Part shown: piece by piece, positions 45,706 through 57,829 of the stretch
Layout: the number at the start of each line of letters is the position of its first letter
Numbering within the stretch: position 1 is the first letter of the stretch
Source: the human T2T-CHM13v2.0 reference genome, Homo sapiens
Strand: one strand, 5' to 3'
Length of the DNA: 64,000 nt
NCBI RefSeq assembly: GCF_009914755.1
Contig: NC_060928.1
Made by a program: the position numbers and the translations under genes
Notes under the pieces: model-generated
Database searches by the model: none
What the model saw: the letters and a program-made list of their open reading frames with translations, nothing else
What the model was told of the DNA's origin: nothing

Positions 45706-47399
45706 TGTCAAGTAACAATTATTCAATTATTCATTTTCCATGTTTATCTTATAAAATCATCTTACCATTTATCAAATCCCTTTTTTTCTTTTTAAATAAT
45801 GGAGACAACTTAGGAATTTAGAGAATCACAAAAGACCACATTCCTGGTGAAAACCACTGGAATACTGTCTCCAAGAGTGTTGCATTTTGGCTCATTGTAT
45901 TTTTCATTCAGTGAAAGAACTATTTTTTTAAAAGGAGGACTTTGTGATGGTTCTGAAGTGAAGCCCATGCAGTTTACCAAAAGTGATAGGTAGCAAAATC
46001 ATGAGTTAGGGTAAAACAAAATTCAAAAAACATTTACCCTAAAATGAGGCCTTGAAGGGGCAGGCATAATGTGAAATATGAATTTTATTCAGCAGCCATG
46101 GGTCTTAGATCATAACTTTGTACTAAGGTGAATCTAATATCATTTTTATGAAATTATTGTACATATATTTAGAACATCCTGATAGAAGTATTAAAAAAAA
46201 CATAAAAGAAATCAAAGGTGACTCCAGAGTTGTGACTTTTGAAAATTAGTCCTGCCTCAAATGCAGAAGGAAAGTCCGGATTTGTACCCTAAATATGCTG
46301 GGTATCCCTCTGAGAAACCCATGACTATGTCTAACCCAGACTTTTCCCTGGAAACTGATGAGGAGACACAAAAGCAAAGTGGATGTACATTGCACACTGA
46401 ATGGTGCTGGGGCCAGAGTGGCATTATAGAACCAGAAATGTTGATGAAAAAGAGTGGCTGTCAGAAGAAAGAAACAAGAATGAAGTGATGAGATTAAAAA
46501 AAAAGATCAAGAGATGAGAGAGAGAAAGCCAGAGAGAAAGAGAGAATGAGAATGGAGGGTGGAGAGAGAGAGAGAGAGAGAATGTAAATGAGCAGTCCTA
46601 TGATTTCTGACAATATTCTGTGTCTTGGTTTCAGTCCAACTATTGCTCTTGTCCTTGAATTCCATGAGATAGTAATAAATTCTCTAAGAAGATTCCTTTT
46701 CTTGCACAAGTTGTAGGGACTTTGTAGACATAGAATTTCTAAATAAGACACTATGATTTACTTATGTTTATGCTAACTTTCGCATTTTCTGTAATAGACA
46801 ATTATATTATTCTGTATATTTTGATAGTGGCTTAGTTAACATTCATGCAGCACAGCTTACACTTAAGAACCAGGAGTTTGAACTATGCCTTAAGACACCA
46901 AGAATCATGATGTAATAATCCTTTGTATATATTGTCAAGGGTTTTATACTGAAGACTTTTTTTTAGAGTGTTTGCTTGCTTATTTCTTGTTCTATTTTAA
47001 AAGAATTTGAATAGAGTTGGATTACCAGGTATATCTAAATTAAGCCAGCATTCAATCAGCTATTACTGTCTTCTTATATTAATAAGAAAAATAAAACGAT
47101 ATAGTGGTAAAGGGTTGGGACAGCGAAAATTTTTGGGGGTGATATGGAGAGATAATGGGTGATGTTTCTCAGGGCTGCTTCGAGCGGGATTAGGGGCAGC
47201 GTGGGAACCTAAAGTGGGAGCGATTAAGCTGAAGGAAGATTTTGTGGTAAGGGGTGATATTGTGGGGTTGTTAGAAGAAACATTTGTCATTTAGAATTAT
47301 TGGTGATGGCCTGGATACAGTTTTGTATGAATTGAAAAACCAAACGGAATAAGAGAAGGAGAAAAACAGATATTAAAGGACTAAGAATTGGGAGGACCT

Positions 47400-49807
47400 A
47401 GGACATCTAATTAGAGAATGCCTAAGGAGGTTCAGCATAGCCTTGCCAGCAATGATTATTTATTTACTTTAAGAGTTAAGAGTGGCGGTTTGGGGATAGT
47501 ACCAGGAGATATCAGCTGTGATGGCTTGGAGAAACAGTGTAAACTGGCAGTGTAAACAAGAGCAGGGCATGTATGAGTAGTTGAGAACGGTGAATAGGAG
47601 TATGACTAGACAGAAGATAGTAGGGATGACAAGTTTTTTGGGGCACAGTCTAAGTTGGTCTGGTGTCTGGAATGAGACTAGGGCCTAATAAAAAGGAGTG
47701 TCTATACAGGAGCTTAAATGGGCTGTATCTTGTAGCACTCCGAGGACAGGCCTGAATTCTGATAAGCGAAAGTGGTAAAAGTATTGTCCAGTCCTTTTTA
47801 AGTTGGTGGCTGAGCTTGGTGAGGTGTGTTTTTAATAGAATATTAGTCTGTCACTGAATACTAAGAGCCTGAAAAAATGCTTGGCTGATTTGACTAATAA
47901 AGGCTGGTCTGTTATCAGACTGTATATTGGTGGGAAGGCTAAACTGAGGAATTAAGTCTGGCAGAAGGGAATGACAAGGCTAAACTGGAGAGTTATGTCT
48001 GACAGAAGGGAAGAAATGACTGCAGTGGCCTTCTCAGACCCTGTAGGAAAGGACTCTACTTATCCAGTGAAAGTGTCTACCTAGACTAAGAGGTATTTTA
48101 GTTATCTTACTCCGGGTATGTTGAGTAAAGCTAATTTGCCAGTCCTGTGTGGGGGCAAATCCTTGAGCTTGATGTGTAGGGAAGGGAGGGGGCCTGAATA
48201 ATCCCTGAGGAGTAGTAGAATAGCAGATGGAACACTGAGAAGTGATTTCTTTGAGGATAGATTTCCATGATGGAAAGGAAATGAGAGGTTCTAAGAGGCG
48301 GGCTAGTGGCTTGTACTATAGCATAGCCTGCCTTTGCTGGTGTGTGGTGATTAGGCCTGGTGGAACCGCCATCAATAAACTAAGTGTGATCAGGGTGAGA
48401 AACAGGGAAGAAGGAAATGTGGGGAAATGGGATGAATGTCAGGTGGATCAGAGAGATGCAGTCATGAAGGTCAGGTGTGGTATCAGGAATAATGTGGGAG
48501 GCCGGACTGAAGTCCGGGGCAGGAACAATGGTAATTGTGGACACTTAACAAAGAGTGAGTACAGCTGAAGGAGCCGGGGAGCAGACAGTATATGCATCAG
48601 GTGTGAGTAAGAAAATAGATTTTGGAATTTATGAGAGCTGTAGAGAGTGAGTTGAGCATAGTTTGTGATTTTTAGGGCCTCTAAAAGTATTAAAGCAGTG
48701 GCAGCCGCTGCGGGCAGACATGAGGGCTAGGCTAAAACAGTAAGGTCAAGTTGTTTGGACAGAAAGGCTACAGGGTGTGGTCCTGGCTCTTGTGTAAGAA
48801 TTCTGACAACACTAACCATGCCTAGGAAGGAAAGGAGTTGTTGTTTTGTAAGTGATTGAGGTTTGGGAGATTAACTGGACATGATCAGCAGGGACAGCAC
48901 GTGTGTTTTTATGAGGTATGCCAAGATAGGTAACAGATGAGGATGAAATTTGGGCTTAACTGAAGTAATGGGAGCTATCTGTGAAGACTTGCGACAGTAC
49001 AGCCCAGGTAATTTGCTGAGCCTAATGGGTGTCAGGGTCAGTCTAAGTGAAAGCAAAGAGAGGCTGGGACGAGGAGTGCAGGGGAATAGTGAAAAAAGCA
49101 TCTTTAAGATCGAGAACAGAATAGTAAGTTGTGAAAGAAGGTATTGAGGACAAAAGAGTGTACGGGTTGGGCACCACAGGGTGGATAGGCAAAACAATTT
49201 GGTTGATAAAGTGCAGATCCTAAACTAATCTGTAAGACTTGTCTGGTTTTTGGACAGGTAAAATGGGGGAATTGTAAGGAGAGTTTGTAGGTTTTAGAAG
49301 CCCATGCTGTAGCAGGCGAGTGATAACAGGCTTTAATCTTTTTAAAGCATGCTGTGGGATAGGATATTGGCATTGAGTGGGGTAAGGGTGATTAGGTTTT
49401 AATGGGATGGTAATGGGCTGTGATCGGTTGCCAGGGAAGGAGTAGAGATGTCCTATACTTGTGGGTTAAGGTTGGGGGATACGAGAGGAAGACACGAAGG
49501 AGGCTTTGGGTTGGGGAGAAGGGTGGCAATGAGATGCGGCTGTAGTCCAGGAATAGTCAGGGAAGCAGATAATTTTGTTAAAATATCTCAGCCTAATAAG
49601 GGAACTGGGCAGGTAGGGATAACTAAAAAAGAGTGCATAAGAGTGTTGTCCAAGTTGGCACCAGAGTGGGGGAGTTTTCAGGGGTTTAGAAGCCTGGCAG
49701 TCAATACCCACAACAGTTATGGAGGCAAGGGAAACAGGCCCTTGAAAAGAAGGTAATGTGGAGTGGGTAGCCTCCGTATTGACTAAGGGGACGGACTTAC
49801 CTTCCAC
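47400..49807 (-). pseudogene. pol: HERV-H pro/pol remnants, fragmented
   Basis: VNTEATHSTL degenerate protease site; short broken ORFs only; left boundary approximate. Confidence 0.8.
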
Positions 49808-49887
49808 TGTGAGAGTTACCTGAAGCTCGGCGTCCGTGATGGTCTACGGAGCTTCCGAGGTGATCAGGCAGCGTCAGTCTTCAGCTG

Positions 49888-50214
49888 CTAAGCAGAGAAG
49901 GAGTCAGTCAGAGAGCCTTGGGCCAGAGTTCCAGGGTCTCTGGGAGTGGCTGCCAGGTGAGTTGAACAGTCTGATTTCCAGTGGGGTCCTGCACAGATGG
50001 GACACGGCTTAGGAGGAATCCTGGGCTGCAGGCATTCCTTGGCCTGGTGGTCAGATTTCTGGCACTTGTAGCAAGCTCCTGCGGGAGGAGGTTCTGGAGG
50101 AACACCTGGCCACTGCGGTTCAGGCGTTTGGAAGTTCTTGTGTGCTGGAGAAGTGGCTGGGGTTTGTCTCACAGTGGAGGCAAGGAATTGCAACTGTTTT
50201 CTATTATTGTACAC
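49888..50214 (-). pseudogene. gag: HERV-H gag nucleocapsid remnant
   Basis: Two CCHC knuckles, CYKCQKSDHQAKEC and CPICAGPHWKSDC. Confidence 0.92.
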
Positions 50215-51176
50215 CTTGAAGGAGAGGTTAATTAAATCCTGTTGTGGGGTTTGAGGGCCAGAATTTAATTTTTGGAGTTTTATTTAATGTCGGGAGCAGA
50301 TTGGGTAATAAAATGTATTTTGAGAATAAGACGGCCTTTTGACCTTTTAGGGTCTAGGGCTGTAAAGTGTCTCAGGGTTGCTGCCAAACAAGTCATGAAC
50401 TGGGCTGGATTTTTATATTTGATGAAAAAGAGCCTAAACGCTATCTGATTTGGGATAAAGAAAAAGGAGCATTAACCTTGACTATGCCTTTAGCTCCAGC
50501 CACCTTTTTAAGAGTAAATTGCTGGGCAGGTGGGGGAGGGCTAGTCACGGAATGAAACTGTAAGCCAGACCCGGTGTGAGGAGGGGAGGTAATAAAAGGA
50601 TTATAGGGTGGAGGAGCAGAGGCTGAGGAAGAATTGGGAACTAGCTCGGCCTGGCGAGGAGCAGCCTGGGAGGAGGGGAGAGGTCAGATGGGTCTGTAGA
50701 AAAGGAAGATTAGAAAGACTCAGCGACACTTGGGGTTGGGACTGAGGGGACAGGCGGGAGGGAAAGAAGGAAGATTTGGGACGAGTTGCACTGGGCACAG
50801 AGACTAGGGAGGGACCGATATGTAAAAGAATGCCTGGACGTCAGGCACCTCAGACTGTTTGCCCATTTTATGACAAGAATTATTTAGATCTTGCAGGATG
50901 GAAAAATTGAAAGTGCCGTTTTCTGGCTATTTGGAACTACTGTCGAGTTTGTATTGGGGTCAAGTGGCATTGCAGAAGAAAATAAGGCACTTAGGTTTTA
51001 GGTCAGGTGTGAATTGAAGAGGTTTTAAGTTTTTGAGAACACAGGCCAAAGGAGAAGAAGGAGGAATGGAGGGTGGAAGTTTGCCTATAGTGAAGGAAGC
51101 AAGCCCAGAGAAAAGAGAGAGTAGAGACATGGAGGGAAGGGGTTCGGGGGTTCTTACCTTCTAGAAAAGCGGGAAA

Positions 51177-51440
51177 GGGGTTGGGGCATGGATATAAGGG
51201 ATTGGGGCGCAGAGATAAGAGGTCGGGACGTGGAAACAAGGGATGGGGCGCAGAGATAAGAGGTCGGGGCATGGAAATAAGGGATCGGGGTGCAGAGATA
51301 AGAGGTTGGGGCACAGAAATAAGGGATTGGGGTGCAGAGATAAGAGGTCAGGGTGCAAAAATAAGGGATTGGGGCACAGAGATATAAGAGGTTGGGGCAC
51401 GGAAATAAGGGATTGGGGCACAGAGAAACAAGGTTGGGGT
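51177..51440. repeat. About 12 x 21-bp G-rich tandem repeat in the HERV-H leader
   Basis: Alternating ggattggggyrcagagataag / aggtyggggcayggaaataag units. Confidence 0.9.
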
Positions 51441-51883
51441 ACTTACCCCTCCTCTGGAAAAGCAGGACTTGCCGCTAAGAGTGAAGGAGAAGGGTTTGGG
51501 GGTTTCTTGCCCCCCGGAAAGGTAGAGAAGGGGTAGAGACATGGAGAGAAGGGGTTGGGGTACTTGCCCCTTCCCCAGAAAAGCGAGACTTGCCGCTAAG
51601 GGTGAAGGACAAAGGCAGGCGTCCCTGTGTGGTCTGACACCTCTGAAACATGGTTGAATAATCAGAGAGGCATCCCTGCAATAATTAAACACCAAGGGAA
51701 GGCTGCCTTCCCTAGTCCGTGACCGACACCGGAGTTTTGGGTCCACAGATAAAACGTGTCTCCTTTGTCTCTACCAGAAAATGAAAGGAATTGAAATTAA
51801 GAGAAGGGAGAGATTGAAGAGTGGAAAGGAGAAAGTGGTTGAGGGACAGTGAGAGAGGTTGGAGAAGAGAGTACGAAGAGGTC

Positions 51884-51892
51884 GCTTACCTG
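51884..51892 (-). promoter_or_regulatory. HERV-H major splice donor
   Basis: AATCAG|GTAAGC about 150 nt downstream of the LTR. Confidence 0.8.
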
Positions 51893-52015
51893 ATTTAAAA
51901 TTGGTGAGATGTTCCTTGGGCTGGTGGGTCTGAGGACCTGAGATCGTAGGTGGATCTTTTTCATGGAGCAAAGAGCAGGAGGACAGGGGATTGATCTCCC
52001 AAGGGAGGTCCCCCG

Positions 52016-52033
52016 ATCTGAGTCACGGCACCG
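52016..52033 (-). other. Primer-binding site, tRNA-His type
   Basis: CGGTGCCGTGACTCAGAT, two mismatches to TGGTGCCGTGACTCGGAT. Confidence 0.9.
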
Positions 52034-52035
52034 AA

Positions 52036-52442
52036 TTTCATGCGCGTCCCTGTGAAGAGACAACCTAACAGGCTTTGTGTGAGCAATAAAGCTTTTAATC
52101 ACCTGGGTGCAGGTGGGCTGAGTCCGAAAAGAGAGTCAGCGAAGGGAGATGGGGTTGGGCCGTTTTATAGGATTTGGGTAGGTAAAGGAAAATTACAGTC
52201 AAAGGGGGGTTGTTCTCTGGCAGGCAGAGTGGGGGTCACAAGGTGCTCAGTAGGGGAGCTTTTGAGCCAGGATGAGGCAGGATAAGGAACTTCACAAGAC
52301 AATGTCATCAGTTAAGGCAGGAACAGGCCATTTTCACTTTTGTGGTGGAATGTCATCAGTTAAGGCAGGAACTGGCCATCTGGTTGTGTATGTGCAGGCC
52401 GCAGGGGATATGATGGCTTAGCTTGGGCTCAGAGGCCTGACA
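52036..52442 (-). promoter_or_regulatory. LTR7 (5' LTR, 407 bp)
   Basis: TGTCAGGCCTCTGAGCCCAAGCTAAGCC...GCGCATGAAA; two CCTGCCTTAACTGATGACATT repeats, TATAAAA box, ATTAAA poly(A) signal. Confidence 0.96.
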
Positions 52443-53049
52443 ATTACCATATGTAAACATTGGTCTCAACACTAAGCATACAAGAATACACAGAAGGCAA
52501 TTTATGATCTAGTTTGGGATCTAGGATATACACATCAGACATTGCCCATTGTAGGGAGCAACTGGCAAATGAATTATATAAATAATGAGGTTGGAGAAGG
52601 AAGATATCATTTTCAGTACCCATGGTGAAGAAAACTTTTATTTGTTAAAAACGATATCGTGCAGTAAATGTTTATTGAACACTATCCATAGCCAGGACAG
52701 GTTCTGACACTAGGAATACCAAAATCAAATAACACAATGTTATTAAGACCCAAAAACATTATAGAACTAAACAAATATAATGCAATGTGCTAAATGTTAT
52801 CATTAAGGCATTAATATTGTACTTCGGGGGTTCAAAAGAGAGTTTCTACTCTTCCAGAGAAGTAAGGAATGGTGTTGAAGCACAGCTGTATTTTTGGTGG
52901 ATTAGGAAGAAGTAGTAAGAGTACATCAGGCAAAATAGGCATAAAAAATAGGTTGTTCTCAGCAAAAGAAGGATTCATGTGCTTGGGTTTTCAGCAGGCT
53001 GAGTAGGGCGGGGCAAGGTGTTTTAAAATGCAAGTTTTATTATTATTAT

Positions 53050-53765
53050 TCGGGTATGATGAAGCCAACAGATCAAGACATGGTTGTCACTGAAAAGTGA
53101 GTTTGTTACACAAGAGGAAGGAGCGCATCATGCCACACATTGCAACACAGGGAGCCGCCAGCAGGGGTGAGGAGGCAGAAGGAGTTGGGGGTTGGGGGAA
53201 TGTGAGCAACAGCCTTTATTTTTATTTTTTCTTTTGTGGGAAGGAATGAGCAAGGCAGATGCTATGGTTTGAATGTGTGAAAAAAGCATGTATTGGGAAC
53301 TTAATTCCCAATCCAACAGTGTTGAGAGATGGAATCTAATGTGAGGTGTGTAGGTCATGAGGGCTCTACCCTCATGAACGTATTAATGACAATTTTAAAA
53401 GGGCTCGAGGCTACAGATTCAATCTCTTTCTTGCTCTCTGTTGCTCTTTCACCTTCCACCATAGGATAATGCACTGCAAAGGCCTTTGCTGGATGCTGGT
53501 GCCATGCTATTGGATATCCCAGCCTCCAGAACTGTGAGCCAAATAATGTTTGTTTGTTTTCTTTTAAGTTATCTAGTCTCAGGCATTCTGTTGTAGCAGC
53601 ACAAAACAGACAAAGACGACAGGATAAGCAGGCTAAGTAGGTTTAGAAACGGTTAGTGTAAATAATTTCTGTGAGCTCTGAGATTTAGGGACTGACTCTA
53701 GTTGTCTGATGCCTGGTTCTGGGATGATTCGGTCAGGGAGATAGTGACCCAGGAGTTTAAGAACT
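53050..53765. mobile_element. MER21-like LTR with nested MST LTR (53260-53620, +)
   Basis: gatgaagccaacagatcaag...gcaggctaagtaggtttag; nested TGCTATGGTTTGAATG...AACAGACAAAGAC. Confidence 0.7.
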
Positions 53766-55879
53766 TGGCCTCACCTCAGATGGAGGAGGGGAAGTAGTAG
53801 TAGCAGCGTGCTGAATCTAGCCAAGGAGCTGGGGGAATTGCTGGATTGCCCTAGAAACGCCGCCAATTCTTTTCTTTTGCATGATGATACATGTTTCCTG
53901 GAACTCGTTAATCCCTGCCTGTTCTTCCTCACCCTGATACTACATGTTCTGTTAACTAAGGCAGGAAGTGGGAGGGCCAACTTGTCTCCTATGGTTTGCT
54001 CTGATATGTCTCCTCATCCCTTAATCTCCTTAAAAAGACACTCATGTACTTAAGATAAAATATATAGGTTAAATATCCTGTGTGATTCCAGCTCCATATG
54101 GAAAGTGCAAAACTTGTATTGCTTTCTCCTTTAATATACAAATGCCACCCAAGTAGTTACTGAATTTCAGGGAAGGGGCTTGGAGATCTGTTTATTTTGG
54201 AGCTAACAAATAGTAAAAGAGCACTTTCAGGAATTTTTCCTTAAGGGCAAATTTACTTCAGGTTTAATAAAACATATTAATTGGACATCAAGCAAAAAGA
54301 TGAAGTGTGTACATTTCCGTCAAATACTCATGGACCCCTTGTTACATTGTGAGCTTTGACACGTGCTTTTCTTAAAAGCGTCTTTCAGCCCAGGGTCTTT
54401 AATCACTTCACAGTTATTGTGACCTTGCAGGTGTACTTATTATCTCTCTTTTGCATCTAGAAAACCTGAGACCCAAGGGTTTCTTCCCTGGAGCTGCGCT
54501 AATTTTTCATCTATAAAAATAACTAGTATTTACTGATACTTTACATTCTTTCTGTTTAAAGAAACCACGAATTATAGGGGTTTGTCTATCACTTTTAAAT
54601 CCAAAATTTACGGTTCTTATTTTCAATTTTCAGGTAGTATCATCATTATGAGGTGATTGTTAAAAATGTGTATGAAAAGGGCTTCTAAATTTTAAAAAAG
54701 TATGTGTTTATTCCTACTGAATGTACCATATTTTTAAATGCATTTTATATCCCAATATATTGGAGGACAATTGATTTCAATACCAAACAAATACGTTTTA
54801 TTAATTATTATAGCACATTTACCATGTTTATTTAAATATTCCCTCCTCACCTATTTTGAGAATATACATCCAAAATATTTTTTATGTTTTCCTGTATATA
54901 TTTCCGACCCACCCAAGCTCTGAGGGAGCATCTGCAGCTGTTGGAAGAAGATGTTAAGGATGGACCACAGAATGAGGACATTTTAATGGAATTTAATAGC
55001 TGAATAGCAGGCACATTCTTAGGCGAACGTTTTTCCTAATGCCTCGGCATCCAGCTGCTTTCCTTAGCCCTCAGTTGGTGAATATGAAAGTGAGTGCTAC
55101 TGCTAACATCTTACTTAGATTCTTCTCCCCATCTCCCTTTGTTTCTTCCCTCTCAAATGTCTTGAACTGTGATCAGATGCTATATTCGGTGTGTTGCAAA
55201 CTAAGTGCCACTCAGCTAATTCACTCAAAGGCTGCCACAGTGTCCCCTGTGCTGGTGGACACTAATCCCATAAAGTGGGTCTGTGGCACTTGTATCTCCT
55301 TGTGAAACTAACCTGAGACTAAAAAATAAAGTTAAATTCTAAATGTTAATATATAATGGGAATATAAAAACAGTAAAGGAATTATAAAATTCACTACGGT
55401 CTATAATAATTGCATGATTTTTCTAGATAAAAGCAATTACCAATATTGAGTCAAGAGAGGCAGCATTATTTTAGATGATATGGCCATCTACTTAAAAACT
55501 TAGAAGAATCTACTGAAAAACCATTGAAATTAATAAGAGGGCTCAGTAATACAAGATCAACATTAAAAAATGACTTTTTCCTGTACCCGTAATGACCAAA
55601 TAAGCAGCATGGAGACAGTTTTTATTCATATAGAAAATTAGCTTGCAATGTCACTTTTACACACATGCACAAAAATTCTAAGTTGACTACATAGTCAAAT
55701 AACATATAAAATAATAAAAATAATCAGAAGAAAACATAGAGAAATACTTTATTAAAATTACAGTAAGAATGTTTTCTAGCATATTTATAACCAGGAAAAG
55801 AGCATGGTGAGATAATGACAATTACTCTAATATTTGCTTGAGGAAGATTTTAGTTTTTCCATATCTTCTTCTGCTGCAG

Positions 55880-55901
55880 CTTCAAGTTCGACCCTTGAAA
55901 G
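55880..55901 (+). pseudogene. Micro-exon, 22 nt, phase 0-1 (LQVRPLK)
   Basis: tcttcttctgctgcag|CTT...GAAAG|gtgagt. Joins 57166 in frame. Confidence 0.55.
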
Positions 55902-57165
55902 GTGAGTCAAAAAGAAAAACAAGAAAAGATCAACCTAAGGCTCAGCTTCAGAAAGCAAGTGGTATATAGAATATTATCTTTCACTATTTATCTTACATGC
56001 AAGCACAGAAACATTTTGCCAACAGTAAGATATAAGTGGTAGGTTCTATCAAGAGAAAGTTCCATTTGTGTATTTTCTTGGCAGAAATTTATATACCAGT
56101 GGATACCAGAGGAGTAAATCTATTTTTAAAGTTCTAGTTTGCTTTTTGACAACTTCAAATAAAATTTCATCAACACAGGTTTGACCACATGAAATTCCAG
56201 TCTGAAAATGACCATTAAGATTACAGTCGTTTATCCTTCTTAGGTAACTAATACCTGCTGTTTTTGACCAAAAGTGGGAACAAAAGATGAGCTTCCATAT
56301 CCCTTGTATAATTTTGGAGCTCTTTATTTGTTTCTTTTGCCATGAGGAATTATTGGTCACTAGTCATCCCAAATACAACCTTCTACTTCAAATATAACCT
56401 CAAACTATGATAAAATACTTTTACCTCAAGGTGGAGCTGTTATATTTTCAGAAGAGAAAAAGACTCAACACCTTGGTCTTGTTCTAGAATTTTGTTACAA
56501 TCCTGAGGAAATGTTATTTTTAATAAGAAATGACAGAAAAAATGACCATTCCTTTTCTTCTCTCTCTTTTTCTAGAAGACAGTAATTAATGTTAAAGTTA
56601 CAAAAGAACACTGACCCACAGGATCATTGTGTGTGATGACATTGTCTGTTCATTCTGGCACAGGCTGTTTTGAGCATATTTGGCATGGAGCTTCTTTTGT
56701 GCAGCTGTATACAGACTATGCAAACATGGATAGAAAGGCATCAAAACCATAACTTGCCTTTGTCAGAGCTTCTAAAAACATGACACTTTACGAACCAAGT
56801 TTTGTTTCTGTGTTCTCTGTTGACCTAATTAGGGATATTCTAGACAATTACGGCAGCTTTCCAAGTAGATGTTATCCTGGATATATTCAATTCTAATATA
56901 GTTTTATGTCCTTTTAAAAAACTTACCAGAGCCAATTGTATCAGTAAATATCAGCAGTATCTGAGGTAAAGTTTAGCTGAATGAAATAAGAGCATAATAA
57001 AGCTTAATTCATCTGGTTCTTTTTTAAAACAATTCTGAGAATAAAGAAAGTCTTTAAGGGGCATTTATATCCTTGTTATATTTATTTTGAACTATTGAAA
57101 AAATGTAACTTCTACTCTAAAGGTGTGAATACCACACAAAATATTTCTTTGCATTTATTTTGCAG

Positions 57166-57255
57166 CTATTTTTAGCTGATGGAGAAGTCTCATTGAAGAA
57201 CTTTCAGGGGCTTGGATCACAGAGAATATTCTCTTTTTAAATGAGGACTTCATAG
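57166..57255 (+). pseudogene. Exon, 90 nt, phase 1-1 ((A)IFS*WRSLIEELSGAWITENILFLNEDFI)
   Basis: tttattttgcag|CT...CATAG|gtttct (weak donor). One TGA at 57177-57179. Confidence 0.65.
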
Positions 57256-57514
57256 GTTTCTCCCTGCCCGCACTATTTTTTTGATTGATAGAGAAAAAAT
57301 CTTAACCTATAGGATTTTGCAAATCGTAAAAAGCTACATATAGAGTCACTATCACACTGCAGTAGAAATTATGCATTCTATAGCATGGATGGTGACAGCC
57401 ATAAATATGACAATTAATATGCCTAATATATTGTCATAAAATGCTACAAAATTGTGGAAAATAATAAAAAATTAAAAATTAAAAAGTGGCATTTATTGAA
57501 GATAGTGTACTATT

Positions 57515-57829
57515 GTTTTTATTTATTTTACTTATTGATTTATTTTTTGAGACAGAGTCTTGCTCTGTCACTCAGGCTTGAGTACAGTGGTGCAATCTCA
57601 GCTCATTGAAGCCTGCATTTCCGGGGCTCAAGCGATCCTCCTGCCTCAGCCTCCTGAGTAGCTGGAACTACATGTGTGCACCACCACTCCCAACTAATTT
57701 TTTGTATTTTTAGTAGAGATGGTGTTTCACCATGTTGGCCAGGCTGGTCCTGAACTACTGACCTCAGGTGATCCGCCCCCCTCGGCCTCCCAAAGTGCTG
57801 GGATTACAGGCACAAGCCACCGCATCTGC
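57515..57829 (-). mobile_element. Alu (S/J-like)
   Basis: Antisense dimer; TSD ga(t/c)agtgta(c/t)tatt. Confidence 0.92.

Larger units (their letters stand above)
47067..52442 (-). mobile_element. HERV-H provirus (common internally deleted form) with 5' LTR7 only
   Basis: LTR7, tRNA-His PBS, gag zinc knuckles, pro/pol/env remnants; ATTAC TSD at 47062-47066 and 52443-52447. Confidence 0.97.

Noticed and set aside
51003-51746. Overlapping repetitive ORFs, and a possible CRISPR-like array
   Set aside because: Products of a head-to-tail 21-bp repeat with no unique spacers, inside the HERV-H leader.
56930-56965. Possible extra 36-nt plus-strand exon (ANCISKYQQYL)
   Set aside because: Weak acceptor, and 55880-55901 already joins 57166 in frame with a better FBXO47-like alignment.
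56927-56976. Minus-strand exon-like segment (ttcattcag|...CTCTG|gtaagt)
   Set aside because: Stops in all three frames and no partner exons identified; could be non-coding but is unsupported.
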